From positions 2,200,009-2,264,008 of the forward strand of contig OZ243980.1 in the NCBI GenBank assembly GCA_965214875.1: DNA of 64,000 bases, given 5' to 3'. A program made the translations under genes and the position numbers. This stretch comes from Arenicellales bacterium (GTDB lineage Bacteria; Pseudomonadota; Gammaproteobacteria; Arenicellales; JAJDZL01). The notes beneath the pieces were generated by a model. It did not search any database. It was given only the letters and a program-made list of their open reading frames with translations, and was not told the origin of the DNA. Below, piece by piece: positions 47,373 through 56,614 of this stretch. Every line of letters starts with the position of its first letter. Position 1 is the first letter of the stretch.

Positions 47373-50255
47373 ATGAAATTAGTTCGAAGCAGCGACAGCG
47401 GAACCACCGCAGGCATAGCCTCCGCGGCGGGCGCTGTCAATCGCAGAGCGTTTCTGAAACGTTCAGGACTCGCGCTAGGCACGGGCGCCGCTGCGACGAT
47501 GTTCGCCCCTCAGCTGATGCGCAAAGCGCAAGCTGCATCCAAAGGCTTCTCGCCGATGGAAGGGGTTGCAACTGAAGTCAAGCGAAGCGTCTGTACGCAC
47601 TGCTCCGTAGGTTGCGGGGTGGTCGCCGAAGTGCAAAACGGCGTATGGACCGGCCAAGAGCCGGACTTCGATTCGCCCTTTAATCTCGGCGGGCACTGCT
47701 CCAAGGGAGCGTCGGTGCGCGAGCACGGTATGGGCGGCAAGCGCCTGCGATACCCGATGAAACTGGTCAGCGGCAAGTGGAAGCGACTGAGCTGGGACGA
47801 TGCGATCGATGAGATCGGCGACCAGCTGATGGAGATCCGCGAGCAGTCCGGCCCGGATTCGGTGTACTGGCTCGGTTCAGCCAAGCACAATAACGAGCAA
47901 GCCTACCTGTTCCGCAAATTTGCGGCCATGTGGGGCACCAACAACGTTGACCATCAGGCGCGCATCTGCCATTCGACCACCGTTGCCGGAGTCGCCAATA
48001 CTTGGGGCTACGGCGCGATGACCAATTCGTACAACGATATGCACAACTCCAAGGCGATGTTCTTCATCGGCTCAAACGCCGCTGAAGCCCACCCCGTAGC
48101 GATGCAGCATATCCTGCGTGCGAAAGAGAATGGCTCGAAAATGATTGTTTGCGACCCTCGGTACACGCGCACTGCGGCGCATGCGGACCACTTCGTTCGC
48201 TTTAGACCAGGCGCGGATGTCGGGCTTATCTGGGGTGTGCTGTGGCACATTTTCGACAACGGCTGGGAAGATAAGGAATACATCCGCCAGCGCGTATACG
48301 GGATGGACCAGATTCGCGAAGAAGTCGCAAGATGGACGCCCGAGGAAGTCGAGCGCGTCACCGGCGCATCGCCGGACGTGGTTAAAAAGGCTGCGCAGAT
48401 CATGCATGAAAACCGACCGGGCACCATCGTGTGGTGCATGGGCGGCACTCAGCATACGACCGGCAACAACAATACGCGGGCCTACTGCGTGTTGCAGCTG
48501 GCGCTTGGCAATATTGGCAAGTCCGGCGGCGGGGCCAACATCTTCCGCGGCCATGACAATGTCCAAGGCGCAACCGACCTGGGCGTTCTATCCCACACCC
48601 TGCCAGGCTACTACGGGCTGTCCGACGGTGCGTGGAAGCACTGGTCGCGCGTTTGGGATCTTGATTTCGAGTGGGTCAAAGGCCAGTTCGACTCGGCTGC
48701 AGTCGAAGGCGACAACGGCAAGCCGACCCAGCCGATGAACTACAAGGGCATTCCGGTGTCGCGCTGGATCGATGGCATCCTTGAGGACAAGGAGAACATC
48801 GGACAGCGAGACAACGTCCGAGCCATGTTCTACATGGGCCACGCGGTGAACAGTCAGACGCGCGGACCAGAAATGAAAAAGGCGATGGAAATGCTGGACT
48901 TGATGGTTATTGTCGATCCGCATCCGACGCATGCGGCGGTGATGAACGATCGCACCGACGGCATCTACTTGCTGCCGGCTGCGACGCAGTATGAGACCTA
49001 CGGATCTGTAACCGCGTCAAACCGCTCGCTGCAGTGGCGCGACAAGGTGATTGATCCTGTGTGGGAATCGCTGCCCGACCAGACAATCCTCTACAAGCTC
49101 GCCAAGAAGCTGGGGATTCATCGGGAGCTGTGCAAGAACATCAATGTCAACAATGACGAGCCTTTGATCGAAGACGTGACCCGTGAAATCAATCGCGGCA
49201 TGTGGACGATCGGATACACGGGGCAAAGTCCTGAACGGCTAAAACTCCACATGGAGAACAAGCATACCTTCAACACCACTACGCTCAAGGCCGAAGGCGG
49301 CCCGGCAAACGGTGACTACTACGGTATGCCTTGGCCGTGCTGGGGCAACCCTGAAATGGGACATCCAGGCACGCCGGTGCTCTACAACACCGAACTGCCG
49401 GTCGCCGAAGGCGGACTATGCTTTCGCGCCCGGTTCGGCGTTGAACGAGACGGCGTCAACTTGCTGGCCGAAGATTCCTATCCGGTCGGATCGGAAATCA
49501 AGGACGGCCATCCGGAATTTTCTGCAAAACTGCTTCAGCAGCTGGGATGGTGGGATGATCTCACCGCCGAAGAAAAGGCCGCGGCCGAAGGCAAGAACTG
49601 GAAAACCGACCTTTCAGGCGGCATTCAAAGAGTTGCCATCAAACATGGATGCGCACCGTTCGGAAATGCGAAGGCGCGTTCAGTGGTCTGGACTTTCCCG
49701 GATCCGGTGCCAATTCATCGCGAGCCTTTGTATACCGCGGACCGCGAACTCGTCGACCGCTATCCGACCTACGCCGACCGCAAGCGGTTCTACCGGTTGC
49801 CGACGCGCTACGCCTCTATCCAGGCTACCGACTATTCAGGCGACTACCCGCTGATCCTGACCAGCGGCCGACTCGTCGAATACGAAGGTGGCGGTGAAGA
49901 GCAGCGGTCGAATACGTGGCTCGCAGAGTTGCAGCAGAATATGTTTGTCGAGGTCAACCCGAAAGATGCCAACGATGCTGGAATCCGTGACGGTCAGATG
50001 GTGTGGATACACACTCCGGAAGGAGCGAAAATCCACGTCATGACGATGGTAACAGCCAGAGTCGGCGAAGGCGTCTTGTTCACGCCGTTCCATTTCGGCG
50101 GCATGTTCCAGGGCAGAGACTTGTACGACAAGTATCCTGAAGGCACCGCGCCTTACATCCGGGGTGAAGCCTGCAATACGGCATTCACCTACGGCTACGA
50201 TTCCGTAACGCAGATGCAAGAGACGAAAGTCACTCTTTGCAGACTTAGCACTTAG
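47373..50255 (+). CDS. Formate-dehydrogenase-type molybdopterin oxidoreductase, catalytic subunit (FdnG/FdoG-like, cysteine variant)
   Basis: TAT signal NRRAFLKRSGLALG, Fe-S cluster motif CTHCSVGCG...C, and active-site region HQARICHSTTV with Cys where selenoproteins carry a TGA codon. 960 aa with no internal stop. Confidence 0.85.
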   Translation: MKLVRSSDSGTTAGIASAAGAVNRRAFLKRSGLALGTGAAATMFAPQLMRKAQAASKGFSPMEGVATEVKRSVCTHCSVGCGVVAEVQNGVWTGQEPDFDSPFNLGGHCSKGASVREHGMGGKRLRYPMKLVSGKWKRLSWDDAIDEIGDQLMEIREQSGPDSVYWLGSAKHNNEQAYLFRKFAAMWGTNNVDHQARICHSTTVAGVANTWGYGAMTNSYNDMHNSKAMFFIGSNAAEAHPVAMQHILRAKENGSKMIVCDPRYTRTAAHADHFVRFRPGADVGLIWGVLWHIFDNGWEDKEYIRQRVYGMDQIREEVARWTPEEVERVTGASPDVVKKAAQIMHENRPGTIVWCMGGTQHTTGNNNTRAYCVLQLALGNIGKSGGGANIFRGHDNVQGATDLGVLSHTLPGYYGLSDGAWKHWSRVWDLDFEWVKGQFDSAAVEGDNGKPTQPMNYKGIPVSRWIDGILEDKENIGQRDNVRAMFYMGHAVNSQTRGPEMKKAMEMLDLMVIVDPHPTHAAVMNDRTDGIYLLPAATQYETYGSVTASNRSLQWRDKVIDPVWESLPDQTILYKLAKKLGIHRELCKNINVNNDEPLIEDVTREINRGMWTIGYTGQSPERLKLHMENKHTFNTTTLKAEGGPANGDYYGMPWPCWGNPEMGHPGTPVLYNTELPVAEGGLCFRARFGVERDGVNLLAEDSYPVGSEIKDGHPEFSAKLLQQLGWWDDLTAEEKAAAEGKNWKTDLSGGIQRVAIKHGCAPFGNAKARSVVWTFPDPVPIHREPLYTADRELVDRYPTYADRKRFYRLPTRYASIQATDYSGDYPLILTSGRLVEYEGGGEEQRSNTWLAELQQNMFVEVNPKDANDAGIRDGQMVWIHTPEGAKIHVMTMVTARVGEGVLFTPFHFGGMFQGRDLYDKYPEGTAPYIRGEACNTAFTYGYDSVTQMQETKVTLCRLST

Positions 50256-50267
50256 GAGGTTATCCAA

Positions 50268-50855
50268 ATGGCACGAATGAAATTTTTGTGTGATGCCGAG
50301 CGCTGCATTGAATGCAACGGTTGCGTTACCGCGTGTAAGAACGAGAACGAAGTCCCCTGGGGCGTCAACCGACGCCGCGTCGTCGTGCTGAACGACGGTG
50401 TTCCAGGCGAGAAGTCGATCTCGGTCGCCTGCATGCATTGCACCGATGCGCCCTGCGCAGCGGTTTGCCCCGTCGATTGCTTCTATACAACCGACGACGG
50501 CATTGTTTTGCATGACAAGGATCTGTGCATTGGCTGCGGCTATTGCTTCTATGCGTGTCCTTTCGGCGCGCCGCAATTTCCGTCAGAGCAAGCGTTTGGA
50601 GTGCGCGGTAAGATGGACAAATGCACATTCTGTGCAGGCGGACCAAAAGCGGATAATTCAGATGCGGAATTCGAGATGTATGGCCGCAATAGGATTAGTG
50701 AAGGCAAACTGCCGCTGTGTGCAGAGATGTGCGCCACCAAGGCGCTAATCGCTGGAGACGGCGATGTCGTGGCCGACATCTACCGCGAACGCATTCTCCA
50801 TCGCGGAGGCCGTCCCGAAACCTATGGCTGGGAGACGGCATATCCTACGGGATAG
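50268..50855 (+). CDS. Formate dehydrogenase iron-sulfur (beta) subunit, 4Fe-4S ferredoxin-type
   Basis: Multiple CxxCxxCxxxC motifs (CIECNGCVTAC, CMHCTDAPCAAVC, CIGCGYCFYAC). Confidence 0.85.
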   Translation: MARMKFLCDAERCIECNGCVTACKNENEVPWGVNRRRVVVLNDGVPGEKSISVACMHCTDAPCAAVCPVDCFYTTDDGIVLHDKDLCIGCGYCFYACPFGAPQFPSEQAFGVRGKMDKCTFCAGGPKADNSDAEFEMYGRNRISEGKLPLCAEMCATKALIAGDGDVVADIYRERILHRGGRPETYGWETAYPTG

Positions 50856-51094
50856 AAAGGTTGGAAATCGGGGAGAGCAACCGCGCCCTCCCCGATTTTT
50901 TTCAAAGCATCCTGTTTGCTGATGCCTCAATTCCGGGTCGTTTTGCTATCGACCGCAAAGATAGACGGCCTGCATGACGAAAACCGTATCAATACGAACG
51001 AATCAAGATAAACAACCGAAGTTCATATGCGTTCGTTTCGAATTGCGCGCCATGAACTGACTCGATCTGAGTAAACATTTGGAGACAAAGATAA

Positions 51095-51295
51095 ATGCGA
51101 AGCAAGATGCATAGCAAACTGTTCCTGTTGGTTGCCGTTTTGACCGGCTCGCTCGCTTTGGCAGGTTGCTGGGAAGACTTCGATGTCGTCTTGCATGAGC
51201 CAGGCATATACAAAGGGCCGAATGATCCTTTGTTGTCGGACGGCTCGCCAGCGGCACTGATAGAACGATTCTCCCAGGGTCAAACCGATCGTTAG
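51095..51295 (+). CDS. Small lipoprotein, hypothetical
   Basis: Lipobox LALAGC after a hydrophobic signal sequence. 66 aa, embedded between the beta and gamma subunit genes. Confidence 0.5.
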   Translation: MRSKMHSKLFLLVAVLTGSLALAGCWEDFDVVLHEPGIYKGPNDPLLSDGSPAALIERFSQGQTDR

Positions 51296-51336
51296 GCGAT
51301 TAGCAACGGTCGAAATGGAAGGAGTAAGAATTTGCA

Positions 51337-52440
51337 ATGACTACAATGAATAAAACGCAACGCAAGCCAACTTCAAGGCGACTGCGAGGCATGACCTACA
51401 GCTTGATGTTCATCGTTGTAAGCGCTTTGGTGCTTCCGCTGGGTAGCTACGTACTCTACGATGCGCAAAACAGCGCTGCTCATGCGCAAGTGACTGACGA
51501 CAACATCAATCTGAGGTCCAACTACTGGCGAGCAGTTAGGGAAGGAAGCTCAGGCTACAGTTCAATTCTCGACGGCGATGTCAATATCGAAAACAATGTG
51601 CTGTACAACCCGGCAGGTCAAAACTGGCGGCAAGTGCGGAACGGCTGGATCGCGAATTACGGCGGCTGGGGCCTGACGATTGTCGTCTTGATGATTCTCG
51701 CATTTTTTGTAATGCGTGGCCGCGTAGAACTTGACGAGCCGCTTTCGGGCAAGACAGTGCCGCGATGGTCGCTGTTCGAGCGTAGTCTGCACTGGTATAC
51801 GGCAGCGCTTTTTATCGTGCTTGCAATAACCGGCTTGAGCCTGCTTTTTGGCAGGGTGTTGCTGATACCGCTGCTAGGCAAGTCAGGGTTCGCAATGTGG
51901 GCGGATTTTTGCATCAACCTGCATAATCTAGTCGGTCCGTTTTTCGCGGTTGGCCCGCTACTGATGTTTTTCCTGTGGCTGCGCCACAACATCCCGACAG
52001 CAACCGATGTCAAGTGGTTTCTGGTCGGCGGCGGCATCATCGGTCGAGCGCATCCGAGCGCAGGCAAAGCGAATGCTGGCGAGAAAGCATGGTTCTGGGT
52101 CGTTATCCTTCTAGGCCTGGGCGCAGTGTGCTATACAGGATTTGCGCTGATCGGATGGGTTGAGCAGTATTTCGGAATCATGCAGACCCGCGAGTTCTCG
52201 CAGACGATGCACACGTGGCATGCAGTATCGGCGCTGCTGTGGATCGCTGTATTCTTCGGGCATGCCTATATCGGCACGATTGGTTCGGAAGGCTCGCTTG
52301 AAGCGATGACCAAAGGAAGAGTAAGTGTCGAATGGGCAAAGCAGCATCACGATCTGTGGTACGAAGAGGTCAAGAACAAAGCCTCATCAAGCAGTGATGC
52401 ACCGCCAGCTAGTGCTGAACGAAGCGCTTCTTCTCCGTAG
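51337..52440 (+). CDS. Formate dehydrogenase gamma subunit-like membrane cytochrome b with an N-terminal periplasmic extension
   Basis: Four to five TM helices with conserved His residues (HWYTAALF, HNLVGPFF, HTWH, FFGHAYIG). Its position after the alpha/beta genes fits this role. Confidence 0.7.
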   Translation: MTTMNKTQRKPTSRRLRGMTYSLMFIVVSALVLPLGSYVLYDAQNSAAHAQVTDDNINLRSNYWRAVREGSSGYSSILDGDVNIENNVLYNPAGQNWRQVRNGWIANYGGWGLTIVVLMILAFFVMRGRVELDEPLSGKTVPRWSLFERSLHWYTAALFIVLAITGLSLLFGRVLLIPLLGKSGFAMWADFCINLHNLVGPFFAVGPLLMFFLWLRHNIPTATDVKWFLVGGGIIGRAHPSAGKANAGEKAWFWVVILLGLGAVCYTGFALIGWVEQYFGIMQTREFSQTMHTWHAVSALLWIAVFFGHAYIGTIGSEGSLEAMTKGRVSVEWAKQHHDLWYEEVKNKASSSSDAPPASAERSASSP

Positions 52441-52473
52441 GCTCTGACTTCACCAATCAAGCATAATCTGTAC

Positions 52474-52513
52474 GAAAACGCATCTCAGACCATTTGGTTC
52501 GGGATGCGTTTTC
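52474..52513 (+). terminator. Candidate rho-independent terminator after the gamma subunit gene
   Basis: GAAAACGCATC (52474-52484) pairs with GATGCGTTTTC (52503-52513), followed by AGTTTTA. The loop is rather long (18 nt). Confidence 0.45.
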
Positions 52514-52557
52514 AGTTTTATGCCTATGCCACACCTTGAACGACTGCCAAGTCTCTA

Positions 52558-53097
52558 ATGAATAGATTCCCGGATTTCGTAAGCGCAAAAATGGATAGCT
52601 CCGGCAGCAGCGTCACATGCCTGCCGGTTCAATTTGATGAACGAGACTGGGAATCGGCAATATTTTTTGCAGTCGGGGGCCCTGAATGCAAGCAGGACCG
52701 CCGCGTTCTAAGCCGCCTTGATTCGACTGTGCCTGTCGCCATGGAAGCGGATTTGATTGATCACGCGAATGCCGCAATCGTGGTATTGAGATTGGAAGTG
52801 CACACTCGAGATGATGATCCGCTGTCCGGCGAGATTCTGCTTGCACCTGGCGAGCTAGAGCCGCACTTTCAGACCTTGAAGCTTCTTTCTCATCAGCCGG
52901 CATTAAAGTGGTTTTTCGCCGATGCCGCCTATGCCATCATCCATACTCAGCAAAGCAGTCTCGGACAAGTCGAACACGCTGCTTTCGCCAACGTCCTCGA
53001 TGAAGCCGTGCGCCACGATGCTTTGATTCGCATGACGGGCCGGTATGATGTGGGAAGCGCGATGAATGAAGTCATTTCACATTACGCATTGCGCTAG
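52558..53097 (+). CDS. Hypothetical protein (179 aa)
   Basis: An uninterrupted ORF with backbone-like composition. I recognise no motif. Confidence 0.4.
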   Translation: MNRFPDFVSAKMDSSGSSVTCLPVQFDERDWESAIFFAVGGPECKQDRRVLSRLDSTVPVAMEADLIDHANAAIVVLRLEVHTRDDDPLSGEILLAPGELEPHFQTLKLLSHQPALKWFFADAAYAIIHTQQSSLGQVEHAAFANVLDEAVRHDALIRMTGRYDVGSAMNEVISHYALR

Positions 53098-53134
53098 AAC
53101 AATGATCTTGGCTATCACTCGCCGGTTTAGAACC

Positions 53135-53896
53135 ATGCGACCTATTTTACGAAGCGCAATGCTGGCCGCAGTAGGGGGCGCTCTATTGACTTGCACTTCC
53201 TTTGCCGCCGCTTCGGACAATGTCGCACTTTTTCAACAGGCGGTGAAAGAACAGGATGTAGAGCTGCTGCACCTGCTTATCGACTCGGTCAGAGATGTCG
53301 ACCTGCAAGTTGCAACAGGACGGACAGCATTGATGGTGGCATCAAAATATGGCCACATAGAATGCATGCAAAAGTTAATCGAAGCGAATGCTGATCCTGA
53401 CATTGCTAACAATAATGGAGGAACCGCATTGATGTTCGCCGCGATAAGCGGAAGCGAAGAAGCGACTCGATTGCTCCTTGAAGCAGGCGCTTCAGTCGAC
53501 AAGGTGGCCAAGCTAGGCTGGACTGCGATTATGGTCGCCGCTGCAAAGGGACATGCCGGAGTGATTCGTCAATTAATTGCGTATGACGTAGATGCCAATG
53601 CGAAAGATGCCTATCAGTGGACCCCGCTCATGAGGGCAGCGTTCGCCGGTCATTCAGAAGCGGTTTCCGAACTGCTGCTGCACTCGAACGTCGATATCGA
53701 TGCCCGCGACTCGAATGATGCCACCGCTTTGCATCACGCCGCTACTGTCGGCCATTACGAAATTGCCAAAACGCTGATTGAATCCGGTGCGAAGGTCGAT
53801 ATAGCCGATTCTTTTGGCCTGACGCCCATGCAACGAGCCAGTGCGCAAAACCACACCGGCATCTACCAGTTGCTGGCAGATTCGGCAGTCAACTGA
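53135..53896 (+). CDS. Secreted ankyrin-repeat protein
   Basis: Signal peptide MRPILRSAMLAAVGGALLTCTSFAAA followed by about 6 ankyrin repeats (GRTALMVASKYGH..., GGTALMFAAISG..., GWTAIMVAAAKGH..., TPLMRAAFAGH..., ATALHHAATVGH..., LTPMQRA). Confidence 0.8.
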   Translation: MRPILRSAMLAAVGGALLTCTSFAAASDNVALFQQAVKEQDVELLHLLIDSVRDVDLQVATGRTALMVASKYGHIECMQKLIEANADPDIANNNGGTALMFAAISGSEEATRLLLEAGASVDKVAKLGWTAIMVAAAKGHAGVIRQLIAYDVDANAKDAYQWTPLMRAAFAGHSEAVSELLLHSNVDIDARDSNDATALHHAATVGHYEIAKTLIESGAKVDIADSFGLTPMQRASAQNHTGIYQLLADSAVN

Positions 53897-53915
53897 CGGA
53901 AAGCAAGTCAACACC

Positions 53916-54662
53916 ATGGACACAAACTCTTCTTCGTCCAAGCCGCGACGAGACTTCATCAAGATCTGCGGCTCAATGTTGGCTGCTGCAACAGCTGGTC
54001 AGGCCAGTAGAAGTTTTGCCGCCCCCGAAAATCGGTACGACAGGGTTTTACTCACACTCGACAGCAAACCCCTGAAAGCGGCGGATCTGCCGGTGGGTGA
54101 AGCCTTCATCTTCAACTATCCATACGTCACAACGCCGTGCATGATCATGAACATTGGCAAGGCCGCCGAAACTTCGGTCGAGCTTGAAACTGAATCAGGC
54201 GACCGCTATAGATGGAGCGGCGGCATCGGACAAGACCGATCAGTGGTAGCATATTCGGCAATCTGCACGCACCGAATGACCTATGCCGCAAAAGCGGCAA
54301 GCTTCATCAACTACCGCCACTCCAAAGTCGTCTACTTCGACAAGGAGCACAAACGCAAGGAAAAGACGCAAATCATCTACTGCTGCTCGGAACGCAGCAT
54401 CTATGATCCCGCCCAAGGCGCAAAAGTGATTGGCGGGCCCGCCCCTCAACCGCTGGCCGCCATCTCTTTGACGGAGGATTCGACTGATGGATCGGTCTAT
54501 GCCATCGGCACAAGCGGCGGAGAAGTTTTCGGAAAATTCCTCAAGGACTTCGAGTTTCGCCTGCAACTTGACTTCAAGGTCGCCAATGTCAGTCAGCTTG
54601 CCACCAGCAAAGCAGAACTAATACCGGTTGCCGAATACTCCGACACTCTCGTCTACTGCTGA
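53916..54662 (+). CDS. TAT-exported Rieske-fold-like protein with an incomplete cluster-ligand set
   Basis: Twin-arginine signal SKPRRDFIKICGSMLAAATAG. The first box AICTHRM has C-x-H. The second box IYCCSERSIYDPAQGAKVIGGPAPQPL aligns with C-P-C-H-G-S-x-F-D, but Ser and Glu replace the second Cys and the His. The start was corrected to ATG 53916. Confidence 0.55.
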   Translation: MDTNSSSSKPRRDFIKICGSMLAAATAGQASRSFAAPENRYDRVLLTLDSKPLKAADLPVGEAFIFNYPYVTTPCMIMNIGKAAETSVELETESGDRYRWSGGIGQDRSVVAYSAICTHRMTYAAKAASFINYRHSKVVYFDKEHKRKEKTQIIYCCSERSIYDPAQGAKVIGGPAPQPLAAISLTEDSTDGSVYAIGTSGGEVFGKFLKDFEFRLQLDFKVANVSQLATSKAELIPVAEYSDTLVYC

Positions 54663-54664
54663 CA

Positions 54665-55360
54665 CTACATCTGCTGCGCATCGTATGAGCGCAGCATCCC
54701 ATCTTCAATCTTTAGCGTACGGTCCATTGATGATGCCAGCTGCGCATCATGGGTCGCCACCACGAGGCTAGTATGCAAGTCGCGATCAAGTTCTACCATG
54801 AGCTGCTGAATCTTTTCCGCATTTTGGCGATCGATGTTGCCGGTCGGCTCATCTGCGAGCAAGCAGACCGGTCTTATGACAAGCGCGCGAGCGATCGCAA
54901 CCCTTTGCCTTTCGCCTCCCGACATCTCTCCCGGCTTGTGCTCGAAACGATGAGAAAGACCGACACGATCAAGCAGTTCTGCCGCTTCGCTGCGTGCCGG
55001 CCGAGTTGCCGTGCGTCGCACAAGCAATGGCATCATCACATTCTCAAGAGCAGTGAACTCAGGCAGCAAATGATGAAACTGATAGACAAATCCCAACTTC
55101 TGGTTGCGAAACTTGCCTCGCTCGGCTTCGCTCATTTGAGAAATGCGATTCTTGTCGATAACAATCATGCCGCGTGTCGGCGTGTCTAGACCGGCCAGCA
55201 AGTGAAGCAGCGTACTTTTACCGGTTCCCGATGCGCCGATGATTGCGATTTGCTCCCCTCTTCTCACTTCAAGATTTACATCCGCTAGCACTTCGACCCG
55301 CATCTGTCCGCTGCCATAGGTCTTTGCAATGGATTCGCACTTCAAGACGAGATCACTCAT
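54665..55360 (-). CDS. lolD: Lipoprotein-releasing system ATP-binding protein LolD
   Basis: Walker A GASGTGKST, signature [15 protein letters not shown] and Walker B LLADEPTG. The start was corrected to ATG 55360 (MSDLVLKCE), overlapping the permease stop by 8 nt. Confidence 0.85.
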   Translation of the reverse strand: MSDLVLKCESIAKTYGSGQMRVEVLADVNLEVRRGEQIAIIGASGTGKSTLLHLLAGLDTPTRGMIVIDKNRISQMSEAERGKFRNQKLGFVYQFHHLLPEFTALENVMMPLLVRRTATRPARSEAAELLDRVGLSHRFEHKPGEMSGGERQRVAIARALVIRPVCLLADEPTGNIDRQNAEKIQQLMVELDRDLHTSLVVATHDAQLASSMDRTLKIEDGMLRSYDAQQM

Positions 55361-56600
55361 AGCGCAATGCCTCGGCCGGTTGAGTCTTGGATGCTCGCCA
55401 GGCAGGATATATGGTCGCAAGAAAGCTCAGCACCAGCGATGCAGAGGCAATTCGCGCGACATCCTCCCACTTCAATTGTGCCGGAAACTTCGATATGACG
55501 TAGATTTGATCGGGGAAAAACTCGGTTTGAAAGAGATCTTCGGCCCAAGGAATCAACGTTTCGAGATTCAATCCAGTGATGACTCCAAAAATTGTGCCGA
55601 GTATAGTGCCCGCTATTCCGATTACCGCGCCATGAATCATGAATATCGCCATGACACTGCGCGGTGCCACGCCGATCGTTCGCATCACTGCAATGTCCGG
55701 CTGCTTGTCGGCAACTAGCATGACCAAAGTCGAAACAATATTGAACGCAGCTACCGCCACGATGAGCAGCAATATGACGAACATGACTCTCCGCTCCAGT
55801 TTCAGCGCTTGAAACAGGTTCGAATACTCGATCGTCCAGTCGTTGATCCGAAAATCCGGCCCAAGCATCTGTCGAAGCTCTCGAGTCAGGCTTGGCGCCC
55901 CGAATACATCGTCGATGCGCAAGCGAAGTCCGCTCACCGATTGGCCTGAACGCTGCAGCGTCGCCAAATCGTCAAGATGGACAAGCGCCAGCCCGTTGTC
56001 ATACTCATAGAAATTCAAGCTGAATATTCCAACCACCTCAAACCGCTTTATTCTGGGAAGCAGACCAACTGGCGTCGATCTGCCTCTTGTGCTGATAACG
56101 GTCACCTTGTCTCCAACGCTAGCACTGATCGAATAGGCAAGATCCTCGCCGAGCACAATGCCGAATGCGCCCGATTTCAATCCATCCATCGATCCATCAA
56201 TGATGCTTGATGAGATTGCGGATACTTTAGATTCAAGATCAGGCAGCACCCCTCGCACAAGAACTGCATTCACCAATCCTTCGTGCTTAAGCATTCCGTG
56301 ACTGAGTATGTAGGGTGCAGCGGCTAGAATTTCAGGATGGTCCTGGATTTCCGCTGAGGTTTGGCGCCAATCGCTTAGCCAGCCGCTTGCGCCGGAAATG
56401 CGCTGATGCGAAGCGACTGTAAGTATGCGGTCGCGCAATTCCCTCTCGAATCCGTTCATCACGGATAGCACCGAAATGAGCGCCCAGACACCAATAATGA
56501 TGCCCAGAATCGAAGTGCCGGTGATAAACGAAATAAAGCGCGTTCTGCGCTTTGCACGGATGTATCTCAGCCCAATGAACAGTTCAAACGGACGGACCAT
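55353..56600 (-). CDS. lolC: Lipoprotein-releasing system permease (LolC/LolE family)
   Basis: MVRPFELFIGLRYIRAKRRTRFISFIT is the typical LolC/E N-terminus. FtsX-type topology, 415 aa. Confidence 0.85.
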   Translation of the reverse strand: MVRPFELFIGLRYIRAKRRTRFISFITGTSILGIIIGVWALISVLSVMNGFERELRDRILTVASHQRISGASGWLSDWRQTSAEIQDHPEILAAAPYILSHGMLKHEGLVNAVLVRGVLPDLESKVSAISSSIIDGSMDGLKSGAFGIVLGEDLAYSISASVGDKVTVISTRGRSTPVGLLPRIKRFEVVGIFSLNFYEYDNGLALVHLDDLATLQRSGQSVSGLRLRIDDVFGAPSLTRELRQMLGPDFRINDWTIEYSNLFQALKLERRVMFVILLLIVAVAAFNIVSTLVMLVADKQPDIAVMRTIGVAPRSVMAIFMIHGAVIGIAGTILGTIFGVITGLNLETLIPWAEDLFQTEFFPDQIYVISKFPAQLKWEDVARIASASLVLSFLATIYPAWRASKTQPAEALRYE

Positions 56601-56614
56601 GTTCGCAACGCTTA

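Noticed and set aside
47373-50255. A possible selenocysteine (in-frame TGA plus SECIS) in the formate dehydrogenase catalytic subunit.
   Set aside because: The ORF is uninterrupted, and the active-site position is an ordinary Cys codon (ARICHSTTV).
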